From Octopus sinensis (Eukaryota), in assembly GCF_006345805.1 (NCBI RefSeq), contig NW_021835954.1:1-64000 (forward strand): 64,000 nt of DNA. Direction: 5' to 3'. Made by a program: the position numbers and the translations under genes. The notes under the pieces are model-generated. The model was not told the origin of the DNA, searched no databases, and was given only the letters and a program-made list of their open reading frames with translations. Below, one piece after another: positions 28,186 through 40,003 of this stretch (position 1 is the stretch's first letter; each line of letters starts with the position of its first letter).

Positions 28186-31100
28186 TAGTAGTAGTAGCAG
28201 CAGCAGCAGCGGCAACAGGAGGGGCGGAGAGGGAGTTGTAGAGGAAAAGGAAAAAAACGTAACAGATGAATCCTCCTACACTTCAAAACCACACATTGTA
28301 TTACACTGACTCACATCTGCAATTTCTGCTAACCCCCTTACGCAACCAACTCGCTTCTCTAACTCGCCCACCAACCAACCAGCCGACACCCACCAACTCA
28401 TCCACCTTAGCTACCTTATCCACCCGCCTACTTACTTTCCTCACCGAATAATGTCGTTGGGGAGTCGAAGTGCTTTGGCTGGCAACCGGGTTACTCGTTA
28501 CCTTTTGCTAGGTTAACTAATCCGGCCACCGCTAGAGGCTACGACATTCAGTAATTGGATTTTGTATGAAACGAAAGTTGATCTATCACCATAGACTTGT
28601 TGGTAAGGACATTATTAAAGCCAGATATCAGAATAAACTATATTATCTGTAGCTGCACTGAAATTTATCTTGATTATCAACATTTTGTAGCTGAGCACTT
28701 CTTTTCTTGGAAAAGCTTCTCACCTCACGCCATGTTTTGCACAAAAAAGCAAATTATTCTGACCCAGAGGTCGGTAAACTTCTTATAGCATTGAATCCTT
28801 TCATAGAATCCTTAAATTACATCCCACTAAGTAAATCTCTAAAATAAAATTTTAAAAAGTATCGTTAATGTAAAAAGAAATTCTTGATATAAAAGTAATA
28901 CTTTATTTTTGTTTTTTGTGTCATTGCCACTTTTAATAGGAAACATTTAAAGAAATTTTATGAAAATACTGAGCGAAATTGATAAAGAATAATACAAATT
29001 CAATCATATTATATTGATGTAGTTGGAATATTTAACGAGAAACTATGTGCTTGGTGAATACTAGTTATTGCATTGATATTTGACTGGAAATTAAGGAGTT
29101 TTAACCTTGAATTACGGCGCTCTTCCAAATTCGATAATAATTCAGCGCCCTTAATGTGTTTATCAACCCCTTGGGTACCCAAATAGCCAGCAGTCACCAT
29201 TTTTCAGACGTTAATTCTACCCACTGGGTTGTTATCCCACCCACCATAACCCTCTTTTTAGATATTAGCATTGACTACTTAAACCACCCCATTCTTGGTG
29301 GCAAAGTTTTATAGAAATTACTTTAAAAAAAAAGAAAGAAAACGGCGAGGACTCATAATGAAATTAAAATGGAATTTTGTTCATCTGTCATGTTTAGGTT
29401 CACTGCTAACTCGCTGTTTTTTCTCATATTTCTAATCTTGACAAAGATGGTTTTGAAATCCGTTTTCAGTCTTGTACATCTAAATTTACATATATTGGCC
29501 AGAAAAATCCGCGATAAACTGAGTGCGCGATAGCTGAACCACACCACGATATGTCGAGAGATTGCTGTATAGGTACAAGGCCTGAAATTCCGGGGGACGG
29601 GGTTAGTCGATTACAGTACTTATTCTATCGACCCTTAAAAGATGAAAGGCAAAGTCGACCTTGGCAGAATTTCAATTCAGAACGTAAAGAAAAAACGAAA
29701 TACCGCTACACATTTCCCCCGGCCGGCTCACGATTCTGCCAGCTCGCCATATTGGCAGGATTAATAATAAAACCAAATCAATCCGCGAAAAACTAGATTT
29801 GGGCATCCCGAGATAGCGAAACGATTATGTCAATGGTTAAAAGTCACTTATAAATCTCATTACTACATATTTCTATGAAGGAGAGAGGGCAAAAACGTTT
29901 GAGTATCTCTCTATTTATCTATCCATTTATTCATGTATATGTATGCGTATGTGTTTATGTGTGTGTGGGTGAGTATATATCTTTTTTGCTTGTGTTTGAC
30001 CCGCCTTCACTACTTAACAACTCGTGTTGGTTTGTTTACGCACCCGTAACCTAGAGATTCGGCAAAAAAACCGATAGAATAATTACCGGACTTTAAAATA
30101 AAAATATAAGTATTGGGGTTAATTTGTTAGACTTGCAGGGATTCGAGCTCCAACCACGAAATTATCAGTTTGCAATCACGAGTATGCCACTACAGTTTCA
30201 TATGAGCGATCTAAAAATCGACCAATCAGTGTGAAGCTGTGGCGTAAACGGCTCCTCGAATATTCATGAAATTCGTGCCCTTTTACCCTACTTAAACAAA
30301 TTAGGCCTAAATTACCGCAGACGGCAGTTGGCCTTCAAGCAAGATAGATCACAGCAGACCACTGCGAGCCTTCAAACAAGACATATCGCGGCTCTCTTCT
30401 CCAAGCTTCAACAATGTGCAGCAGTTACAGTGTCTCAGGTTTTGTCTTCCAGACAATTAATGTCCAAGTGAACGCAATAAATCTACTCCTACTTATCTGC
30501 GATAATTTGCGCTTTTATATTCACATATTTCTATCAATAAAATAGAGCTGAACGTCCGCGAGTTTGTCTATTTTATGTTTACATGCAGCCATTCTGAGCT
30601 TATATTCAACATCATCATACTTTCTAACGACCACCCACGCCACAATTGTCTTCAGCAGCACGCAATTATACAAGCTCGGGACAGACTAAACCCTTGAAGG
30701 CGACACACCAGCATGGTTGCAGTCCAATGACTGAAACATGTAAAGGATAAATAAATAGAAGGAGTAGATATCTTGAAGTTAAATATGGGGGGATTCATAA
30801 TGTCTAATGTATCTGCAAATAATTGTTGTTGCTATGGATGCTTACAGCTGTTGTTATTGCTATTGAGGCTACGGTTGTTGTTGTTGTTGTTGTTGTTGTT
30901 ATTGTTAAGCAACAAGACGGGTAAGGGTGATTAGGTGATGGTCTACGGCTTAGGGGCGGGAGACCCCAGGCCTTGGAAAAAAAATTTTTGGTCGTCTTGT
31001 TGTAGTCGAGGGCTCTTCGTTGACGCCGGATACCCCTGGGAGGTGGCCCTCGAAGTCGCTGGAAATGGAGATCTCCAGGTCCAAATTCTTGAACGGCTGC

Positions 31101-31985
31101 TGCTGCTGCTACTGGTGTTACAGTTGTTGTGGTGGTGGTGGTAGTAGTGGTGGTAGTGGTGGTGGTGGTGTCACATCGCTGTCTAATTCTGATACCTGCA
31201 TTCTTTATACGGCTGTTACCGTAGTTTTTTTTTTCCTTCTTTTAATCCAACGATGTGAGTTGGATGTTTCAATGAAATGTATACCACACAGGAGCCAACC
31301 ACGGATTAGTTGGCAGAAATAGCTCTAAATCAAATATATGAAACAGTTTGGACTATACTTTTCACGGGGTGGGGGTCATAACTACATACACAGTATCCAA
31401 CATGGATGTTTACCGTGAGAGGTCTAGAAAAGAAAATTGCAAAATTTGATTCAACAGCAGCGATAAAATTTATCAATGTGAATCTTTGTACAATTGGTAA
31501 CTGGAGAAATGGAACCCGGGGTATATCTTAGGTCAACGGCTTGTTTTCAGTCGAGTTTTAAAACATCCTGTAATTTATGGCTTTCTTATACATAAACAGT
31601 GAAATCTTGACGTATATTTATCTATAAATGCAACCAAGACTCTAAACAACTATTTGGATAATTCTAAAACGATGGTAAAATTTCTTAAATTCCTATTAAA
31701 TCTATCTTAATAAAAATGTTGTTTTTTTTGTCGAGCTAGATGGAAATTTTTCCGAAACAAAACTTTGTTGATAGACTAGTACAAAAAGTAATAACAATGT
31801 TTTTGATTTAGACATAAAACCAGTAATTTTAAAAAGAAGGAATTAGTCGATACCATTGGCCCAAGTATTTTGCTGGTATTCTTTTTTATCGAACGAGAGA
31901 GGACGAAAAGTAACGTTACTTCGACTCAGAATGTTAGTCGCAACGAGTAACGAGAGGCATTTCTTCTGACGCTCCCATGAGTCTA

Positions 31986-32710
31986 CCAGCTTACCTATTT
32001 CTTTATTACCCACAAGGGGGCTAAACACAGAGAGGACAAACAAGGACAGACAAAGGGATTAAGTCGATTACATCGACCCCAGTGCGTAACTGGTACTTAT
32101 TTAATCGACCCCGAAAGGATGAAAGGCAAAGTCGACCTCGGCGGAATTTGAACTCAGAACGTAACGGCAGACGACCGCTAAGCATTTTGTCCGGCGTGCT
32201 AACGTTTCCGCCAGCTCGCCCCGATGATCAGCTGGTGCTTATTTTATTAACCATGAAATAATTGAAAGGAAAAGTCGACCTCTTCGGAATTTGAACTTAG
32301 AATATAGTGACGGACGAAAAGCTGCTAAGCATTTTGCCCGGCGTACTAACGATTCTTATTTCTTTATTGCCCACAAGGGGCTAAACATAGAGGGGACAAA
32401 CAAAGAGATTAAGTCGATTATATCGACTCCAGTGCGTAATTGGTACTTAATTTATCGACCCCGAAAGGATGAAAGGCAAAGTCGACCTCGGCGGAAGTTG
32501 AACTTAGAACGTAACGGCAGACGAAATACCTATTTCTTTACTACCCACAAGGGGCTAAACAAAGAGGGGACAAACAAGGACAGACAAACAGATTAAGTCG
32601 ATTACATCGACTCCAGTGCGTAACTGGTACTTATTTAATCGACTCCGAAAGGATGAAAGGCAAAGTCGACCTCGGCGGAATTTGAACTCAGAACGTAACG
32701 GCAGACGAAA
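31986..32710 (-). mobile_element. Tandem multimer of SINE family A
   Basis: Four consecutive partial units, including the tail-to-internal junction at 32529/32530. Confidence 0.88.
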
Positions 32711-33276
32711 TGTTCTTTCAGGTAGACTGACTGTTTCTTCTCGGTGAAAGTTTCACACAAAGAGCGTGGAGTTAAACCTGGTCGTTGTTGATGTGTACAT
32801 GTTGTTGAAGTCGACGGAGATGGAGACGACGATGGTGATGACAGAGGCGGAGATGGAGAACGTCCTGTCTGTCGCTAGTGTATAAATAGCGTCTTCATAG
32901 CTGGAGCAGTAGCATGGTTGGCTGGCTGGTCGTCTGTCGCTGGAACTGGAACATGGCTGAGTAGCTCTGTGGTCAGTGACTAGACCTTAAAAGGTCTGGA
33001 GTCGAAAGACGTAGAATAGTGAACTCAGGCCTATTTAAAGGATTAAAGTGGCTCAAAACAGGGCATCTGAAACACAGTGTCACGAGACCTTGTCTAAAGG
33101 CAGTGATTGGTTGGCTTACACACTGGCGCTAAATAAGTAGAGAGACAAACCGCGCCAAATGCCAATCAATCAGAGCAGTGGACACAACAGGTTCAAACTA
33201 GCCAAAGGTGGTTGTATTCTCAAACGAGATCATTCCTAATGTGTCTCTCAAACAGTGAGGATATCAGATATGCTAC

Positions 33277-33277
<1 letters not shown>
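32711..33277 (-). mobile_element. Solo-LTR-like segment
   Basis: Minus strand TGTAGCA...CCTGAAAGAACA with TTTAAATAG followed by TTCACTATTC. No TSD found. Confidence 0.4.
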
Positions 33278-33312
<35 letters not shown>

Positions 33313-33599
33313 ATTTGTTTGTGTGTCTGTGTTTGTTCTTCCAGCATCGCTTGACAACCGATGCTGGTGTGTTTACGTCCCCGTAACTTAGCGGTTCAGC
33401 AAAAGAGACCAATAGAATAAGTACTAGGCTTACAAAGAATAAGTCCTGTGTTCGGTGTGCTCGACTAAAGGCGGTGCACCAGCATGGCCACAGTCAAATG
33501 ACTGAAACAAGTAAAAGAGTAAAAGCTGGTAAGAGAAAAGTTTTGTCAATAGTACGTTGCTTTCCACTTTTCGTAATTAATTTTGAGAGTTTATAAAGA

Positions 33600-33880
33600 C
33601 TTCACTAACCCCTTCGCTATCTACTAAACTCTCAGGATAAAAGGGCTTTTTAAAATAGTTTTCCATTTGGCGACAGTAGTCCTCATCTTTCCGTGCTTTA
33701 TCTGGATGCATTTTTTGTAAATGCTCATTCATTCTTGAAGGCGTCGTTGCTTCATTTGATAACGGTTTTTCATGCGTTAGACATGACGGCAATTGCTCAT
33801 TATTTATATATATAAAGCTTTATTTCAAATATTCACTCGAGGATTGATGGTGCTTTCTTTTTCCACTCATTGCAAATTTT
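33600..33880 (-). mobile_element. hAT (Buster/Charlie-type) transposase N-terminal BED-finger remnant
   Basis: MSGKRKH..SSEYLK*SFI...PSCLTHEKPLSNEATTPSRMNEHLQKMHPD resembles the P.C..C...LSNE.MKPS.L..HL...HP motif. Confidence 0.6.
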
Positions 33881-34020
33881 TTGAAGAGTAACGCACACAA
33901 CAATTGTACATAATTACACCACTAAATAAAATATAATGGAGGCCACAATATACGAAGTGAACAAGCAAGACTGTGTGCATCTAAAAAATACTATTCAAAA
34001 CAGGAATACAGTATTGTAGT

Positions 34021-34108
34021 GACGCCATTTTGGAAATCTTCAGCACGCATGCGCAGAGTTTGGATTCTTCCGGGAGGCCTGCTGGAAGTTCCCTCATGCG
34101 CATGCGCA
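34021..34108. promoter_or_regulatory. YY1-type and NRF1-type motif cluster
   Basis: GACGCCATTTTGG at 34021-34033, GCACGCATGCGCA at 34043-34055, TGCGCATGCGCA at 34097-34108. Function untested. Confidence 0.35.
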
Positions 34109-34671
34109 GAAAACTAGCAGCAGCAAAATTTCCCTTGTATCGTCCTCTCGAATGCTGGCAGCCGAACAGGACAGTCGTGCTTTAGAAATTCTCTCAAACT
34201 GCTACCTCGTGGCGCTTCTCCGCTATGCTTGAATGGACAGGATTTGGTTCACTCCACTTGACTACTGCAACAAGCTCCTAGGCTACCGATTCACCCTGAA
34301 AGAAGAATGTATATATATATATTGCGAATCCAGAAATAAGGTATTTATGCTGTTAAAGCTAATCGGAAGTCTTGACTCTTTCCTTCGATTAATATTTTAA
34401 TGTAAAGGAAGCAAGCTGCACCCATCCAGTGTTGCAGACCTTTCATCCTGTTACAGCATTAACAATTTATTATTCTTGTTCAAACACGTTTTTAGTCATG
34501 ATATATACTTATCTCGCATTTTATTTTAATAACCATTACTAGTTTAATCATGTATAATACAATTACTACTATAGGTAAAATTTAGTGTTATGTTACTTCA
34601 CTGCCACCTGACCACCCCTTAAAGCCCCCTTCGACATGCCCAGTGCCCCCTTGGGAGAGGTAACGATCCCG

Positions 34672-35316
34672 TTACCATCCTCTGTTATAGAGGGTCCGTT
34701 TTTCGTTCCATGTCACCCTTCTCTTTAAAAAAGTATCATTTTCTTCACGTTTATCCAGTGAATCGCAGACGAAAGGCCTTTGGGCGAGCTTAACCTCATC
34801 CAGTCGAGGCAGGACCCAAACATCGAGTCTGCTGACGTCACTAAGATAATGCAGATAATTTTCAACAGTCGATTTGGATATATGGAGAATATCTGCGATC
34901 ATCCTGGTCGTATAATGGGGGCTGGTGTTGAGTAACTCCTCCATTTTGTCACTGTTAGTCTCAGTTGACCGGCCAGACTGAGTTGCATCTTGAGCGGAAA
35001 ACTTTCCCGATCGAAATAAGCTTGGAAATCACTTCCAACACACGTATTCCGTAACAGCGTCTTAACCCGTACACATATTTTCCCGCAGGCTTCCGCCGCT
35101 TTGTTGCATTTTTCTTTTAAATATAAAAAGCACGACGTATCGATAATGTTCGTGTTGGTCCTCCACCTTCAGGGTGGTCCCGAGCACTTAAAATACAACC
35201 TGTCTCGCTGAAAGTTAGCGTCGCACTACGTTGAAGTGTCAAGTATCTAACGAGTGCGCATGCGCAAGGGACATACTGAAGTCGACAAAAACCGAATGGA
35301 TCTTTGACCAACCTAA
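34672..35316 (-). mobile_element. Mariner transposon 5' part (mellifera-like), degraded
   Basis: TA|TTAGGTTGGTC terminus at 35316; HYTTRMIADILHISKSTVENYLH...SRLDVWV...FLKRRVTWNEK. Confidence 0.85.
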
Positions 35317-35656
35317 TATATCAATGACTTTCTAAAACATCTTTTGACATTATGCTCAGAATGGGCAACAATATATTTGCTCCAGTATTCAACTGGTACT
35401 TATTTTATCGACTCCAAAAGGATGAAAAGCAAAGTCGACCTCGACGGAAATTGAACTCAGAACGTAACGGCAGACGAAATTCCGCAAAGCATTTCGCCCG
35501 ACGCGGCAACGTTTCTGCCTGCTCACCACCTAACGCTCTCATATATATATATTGTCTTTTTTTAAGCAGTTCTATGAAGAGATTTTATCTCAAACAAAAG
35601 CCAAAACATTATGCCTATCAATGGTGCATCATACAGAGATAGCGTTTATAATTTAA

Positions 35657-36441
35657 CTAGCAGCATAGCCCGGCGTTGCTCGGGTATGTAAGAGCCCCTA
35701 GTAGGCAACGACTAATCCCAATCTAGTCCTTTCCCTCTAGGGAACAAAGGCGCATGTGTAGGTTGCAATGTCTTCTCTTCACTCCCAAATAACTATCAAA
35801 CAGCTATCGATAATTCAAGCCAACCAATTCCTACCAGGAAGAAATTACATTCGAGACTTTACCCCCAACACCGCCACTTCTGCTAATAGCTGCTGCAGCC
35901 GCAACTTATTCCAATACTTTTTTTGTTTACACTTTCTTTATAACTACCACCCCAAACGTTTTACCTTAAATTTTTGACGTACCCTAAGGGTCCTCGGACG
36001 CTACTAGCAAACTCTTGGTTTATTATAAACCGCTTTTGTAGTGTGCATAAAAAAACCTTTTCCATTCGTTTGTTCAGTTTGGTTACTTTTGACTTTTTCG
36101 TTGTTGTCACTCACATTGCTGCCCGCTTTTTTGCCGTTTTTGTACATTTCTATACATTTTGGGATACTTACCCCACGTGTTCCGAGAGTTAAAAAGGTCG
36201 AGTTGCGTCCCCTAGACAGTCTGTAGAAATGTGTTGCATATAAAAAGCTTAGATTCTCGACCCAAGTCGAATTTTTTTTCAGAACTGGGGGAACTTTTCA
36301 AAATTTTCGCTGCGTTAGTTTTGAATTATGTGTGTGTCAAGTTTCATCAGAATCGGTTGAAAGCCGTGGTCAGGGTGAGGGTACAACCTGACAGACACAC
36401 AGACACACAGACAGACAAACTGCCGTTTATATATAGAGAGA
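35657..36441 (-). mobile_element. Non-autonomous Helitron, second family with the same 3' end
   Basis: Minus strand TCTCTCTATATATAAAC... to CCCGAGCAACGCCGGGCTATGCTGCTAG, inserted between A and T. Confidence 0.85.
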
Positions 36442-36739
36442 TGCTGTTTCAATTGCACACACAGAGTTTAAACTTCTATAGCTTTTCCAAATGTTCACTA
36501 GACACAACCTTTTTTTTAAATCTTACTATGAGAAATGTACCATTTTCCCCCAGTATGCTATGGGGACAAAAAGATTGAGAACACCTAGATTAAATAATGG
36601 ATCTAAGCGGCCCTGTGATTTTCTTAAAATAATACAACTACTTTAACCAGATAAGAAAAATAACAAATTATCTTGTATGTCGACATAAATAATATCAGAA
36701 GAGATCAGAGAGAGAAAAATAAACCTACCTTATAACAAA

Positions 36740-37010
36740 AACATCAAGTGTAGTAGGTATGCATAATTTGGAATGAGTAATGAAGCTAATACAGAGAAAA
36801 TGAACAATTTATCTTGGATAAAGGATTACTGTTTCATTGTAGAGTTTGAAAGATAGATATTCTTTTGTCATCAAGGAGCAAGAAATAGCTATTAAGAATC
36901 TCATTAAGAAACGTTACAGAGATGCCAATAGATCATCTTGTCAAAATAATAGATGTCTGTTATGTCAGAATGGTATGAAAATATATAACTCATGTCGTTA
37001 GCAGCTAGTT
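36740..37010 (+). mobile_element. Degraded Dong/R4-type fragment
   Basis: FVIKEQEIAIKNLIKKR...NRCLLCQ resembles AAQDQSLPTRNYQKH...NCRICG. Confidence 0.5.
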
Positions 37011-37307
37011 GAAAATGTCAGTCAACTTCCGTTAATCGGGTTATATAGCAAGAACGTAATAGAGTAAAAATAAACAAGAATGCGGAAGGATCGTTAACGT
37101 TGAGTACTGCCTCAACAAACTGACGATTCCCTTTCACGGAGGCTGTAGACAGGAGAGCCGTCGGTGCGTCGAATAAAAAACATCATGATAATTTTAACAC
37201 AACATCCTTACATCCTGAGTTCAAATATCGCCCATGTCGATTTTTCCTCTCGAACTTTCGAGGTCAATAAAACTACGAACCTATCATTGTTGTTTTGGTC
37301 CTGTTAA

Positions 37308-37612
37308 CTAACTGAGTGGCCCTCCGTCGGTTGCGACTACGACGATCCCAGTTGATCCGATCAATGGAACAGCCTGCTCATGAAATTAACGTGCAAGTGG
37401 CTGAGTAGTCCACAGACAGGCGTACCCTTAACATAGTTCACAGGGGCATTTCAGTGTGGTATAGAATGTAGCAAGGCTGGCCCCCTTTGAATTACTGGTA
37501 CAACTCTTTTTTTCCAGCTGAGTGAACTGGAGCCACATGAAATAAAGCGTCTTGCTCAAGGACGCATCGTGCCGCCTGGAATTGAACTCACGACTTCACG
37601 ATCGTGAACTAA
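37308..37612 (-). mobile_element. SINE insertion with a 13-bp target-site duplication
   Basis: TTGGTCCTGTTAA at 37295-37307 and 37613-37625; B-box on the minus strand; tail shared with 16820-16990. Confidence 0.8.
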
Positions 37613-37907
37613 TTGGTCCTGTTAAACCCTGATTAAACAACCCCCTTATTTATTCAGGTGTTGTGTATTTTGGACTGCATTTTGGAAGAAACCCTTCCCT
37701 TTTTTTAATACGGTATAGTGTATTTCAGGGGAATTTGGCTCATGTTTAAAGTAAAGGGACGATGCAAAGGCCCCTTTATAAGCACGTAAAATACCAGCCA
37801 AGTACTGGAGGTGGGGTGATATGATTGACCAGACTCTGGAAGTAAAAGAATGCAGGACTCTGGGAAAGCTGTTCTGGTGGAAATCCACAGGTTCACACAC
37901 GTACACG

Positions 37908-37939
<32 letters not shown>

Positions 37940-38102
37940 CGCACACACACACACAAATATACATATTTATATATAATATAACATAATATAATATTATATA
38001 TAGTGGGGGGGGGGCGGAATTCACAAAAAAAAACAAAAGACGAAGGCAGGTGGTGTAGACAACAAATGAATGTATTAGTATAACGCTCGGGAAGTGAAAA
38101 GG

Positions 38103-38140
38103 CCTTTAACGTTTCGAGCCTACGCTCTTCCTCAGAAAGG
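38103..38140 (-). ncRNA. Minimal type I hammerhead ribozyme motif (Penelope-associated type)
   Basis: CCUUU CUGAGGA A GAGC-GUAG-GCUC GAA ACGU U AAAGG: stem I CCUUU/AAAGG, catalytic core, stem II, palindromic stem III ACGU, cleavage triplet GUU. Confidence 0.7.
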
Positions 38141-38829
38141 AACACACAAAGAAACAAGGAGAGAAAATAAAGAATGTGTAGTGGCTAGCGATCTATCTAT
38201 CTATATATCTATCTATCTATCTATCTATCCATCTATATATATCAATATATATATATATATATTTAGAGAGAGAGAGAGAGAGAGAGAGAGAATGGTGGTT
38301 GTGGTGGTGGAAACGTGCATCCTTAATACCGTTAACGTAATTCTCAGACCGAACCAACGTGAGACGAAAGGAAACAAGGCTGGACCTTCAGATTATAGGT
38401 ATCTTGGATTCACTCTTCACCGTTGTAAAAGACACTTGCATAAGATGCCACGCAGTCAGATCGAACACACTGCGTCGTGATAGGGAAGAGTACTTCTTCA
38501 CCATTAGGTCTTGTGTATGCGTGCGTGTCTGTGTGTGTGTGCGCGCGTTATTATTTCGTTTAGGTGTAACGATAACCTGATAACAGAACTCAGTATACTT
38601 ATATTTCAGAAAGAAAAAAGCGCCAGCCAAGTACAGAGCGATAAGAAATTAAAGGAATAACAAGGGAATAAGAAATAATCATTAGCTTACAATTGTTTTT
38701 GCTATATGATGTAATGCGCTCATAGTTCAGTGTTTGTATGTCACCGGTTAGCTTCGCCGGAGCTTCAAACACGAAATGCAGTGGTATTTGGGAAATAAAC
38801 TATGTATATATGTGTGTGTGTGTGTGTGT

Positions 38830-38862
<33 letters not shown>

Positions 38863-38863
38863 T

Positions 38864-39010
38864 GGCGCAATGGCCCAGTGGTTAGGGCAGCGGACTCGAG
38901 GTCGTAAGATCGCGGTTTCGATTCCCAGACCGGGCGTTGTGAGTGTTTATTGAGCGAAAACACCTAAAAAGCTCCACGCGGTTCCGGCAGGGGGTGGTGG
39001 CGACACCTGC
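38864..39010 (+). mobile_element. tRNA-Arg-like SINE family C. Copies at 6440-6738 and 16800-17183 (minus)
   Basis: GGCGCAATGGCCCAGTGGTTAGGGCAGCGGAC-TCG-..GGTTTCGATTCCC head with a TCG anticodon-like triplet. Confidence 0.85.
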
Positions 39011-39019
39011 TCAGAGGCC

Positions 39020-39883
39020 CATACAAAGTTATAGAAAGTGTACAGAGAGGAGTATGAGTCGCACACAAATGTACCAGTGGTTCAGACGCATCGTTGAAAC
39101 AAATCAGCGTCGTCTTGTCACTTGACGCGCTTTTGGCGGGCGTGGAGACATTGAATGCTTCCATTGACTTCATTGCTGCTTCATTTCCGGCTCGAAACCG
39201 CAGCCGCAGCTTTCGTCACCAGTGATGACCTTCGAAAAAAGTTTCGGACCAACTTCAGACTGTTCTTTCTGTTCACGACACGCACTCAGTCGTGACTGCT
39301 TTTGATCTTCTATGAGCAAGCAAGGCACAAATTTTGCTGCAGTTCTTTTCATTCGCAATTCCTCGTTCAAAATTCGTTGGCGGGAGCCCCAGGACACACC
39401 AGTCAAATCAACAAGTACATCAATTGTTCGACGACGGTCCTCCAAGATCAGTTCATGAATTTTCGTGATATTTTCATTCGTTCGGGAGGTCAACGGTCGC
39501 TGTGAATGAGGTTGGTCTTCAAGTGACAAGTGATCATTCCTAAGGTGTGAAAACCACTCATAAACTTGTGTTTTGCTCATGGCAGTGTCCTAGTAAGCTG
39601 TTAGAAGCATGTCACCTGTTTCGGCCGCCGTTTTCCCCAGCAGAAAAACAGAATTTCACGGAAGCATACTGTTTCTTCGTTTCATCCATCGCAAAAATCG
39701 ACGAAATGACGAGAAGCACTGCAAAGCAATGACGCAGCACGTGGCAGTACGACTCCAGCCGACGACGCCGGTCGACAGACTGATGCCTGAGGATCGCATC
39801 AAGTGGCTTCTAGCAGCGGAAGCCTGAATTACAACGAGCATGTCCCACAGAGAACGTTTCCAGTTACTTTTGGGTACCACTCG
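39020..39883 (-). mobile_element. Mariner transposon 5' part, rearranged
   Basis: TA|CGAGTGGTACCC terminus at 39883; MSKTQVYEWF...AAKFVP...KVITGDES...KTTLICF. Confidence 0.85.
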
Positions 39884-40003
39884 TATATATACATACATAC
39901 AAACATACATATATATAAGTAGAGAGCAATGTAAAAACATTACGGGGGATATATTATAAATAATTAAGATTATTTATGAATATATCAATGGCCAAACATG
40001 TTA

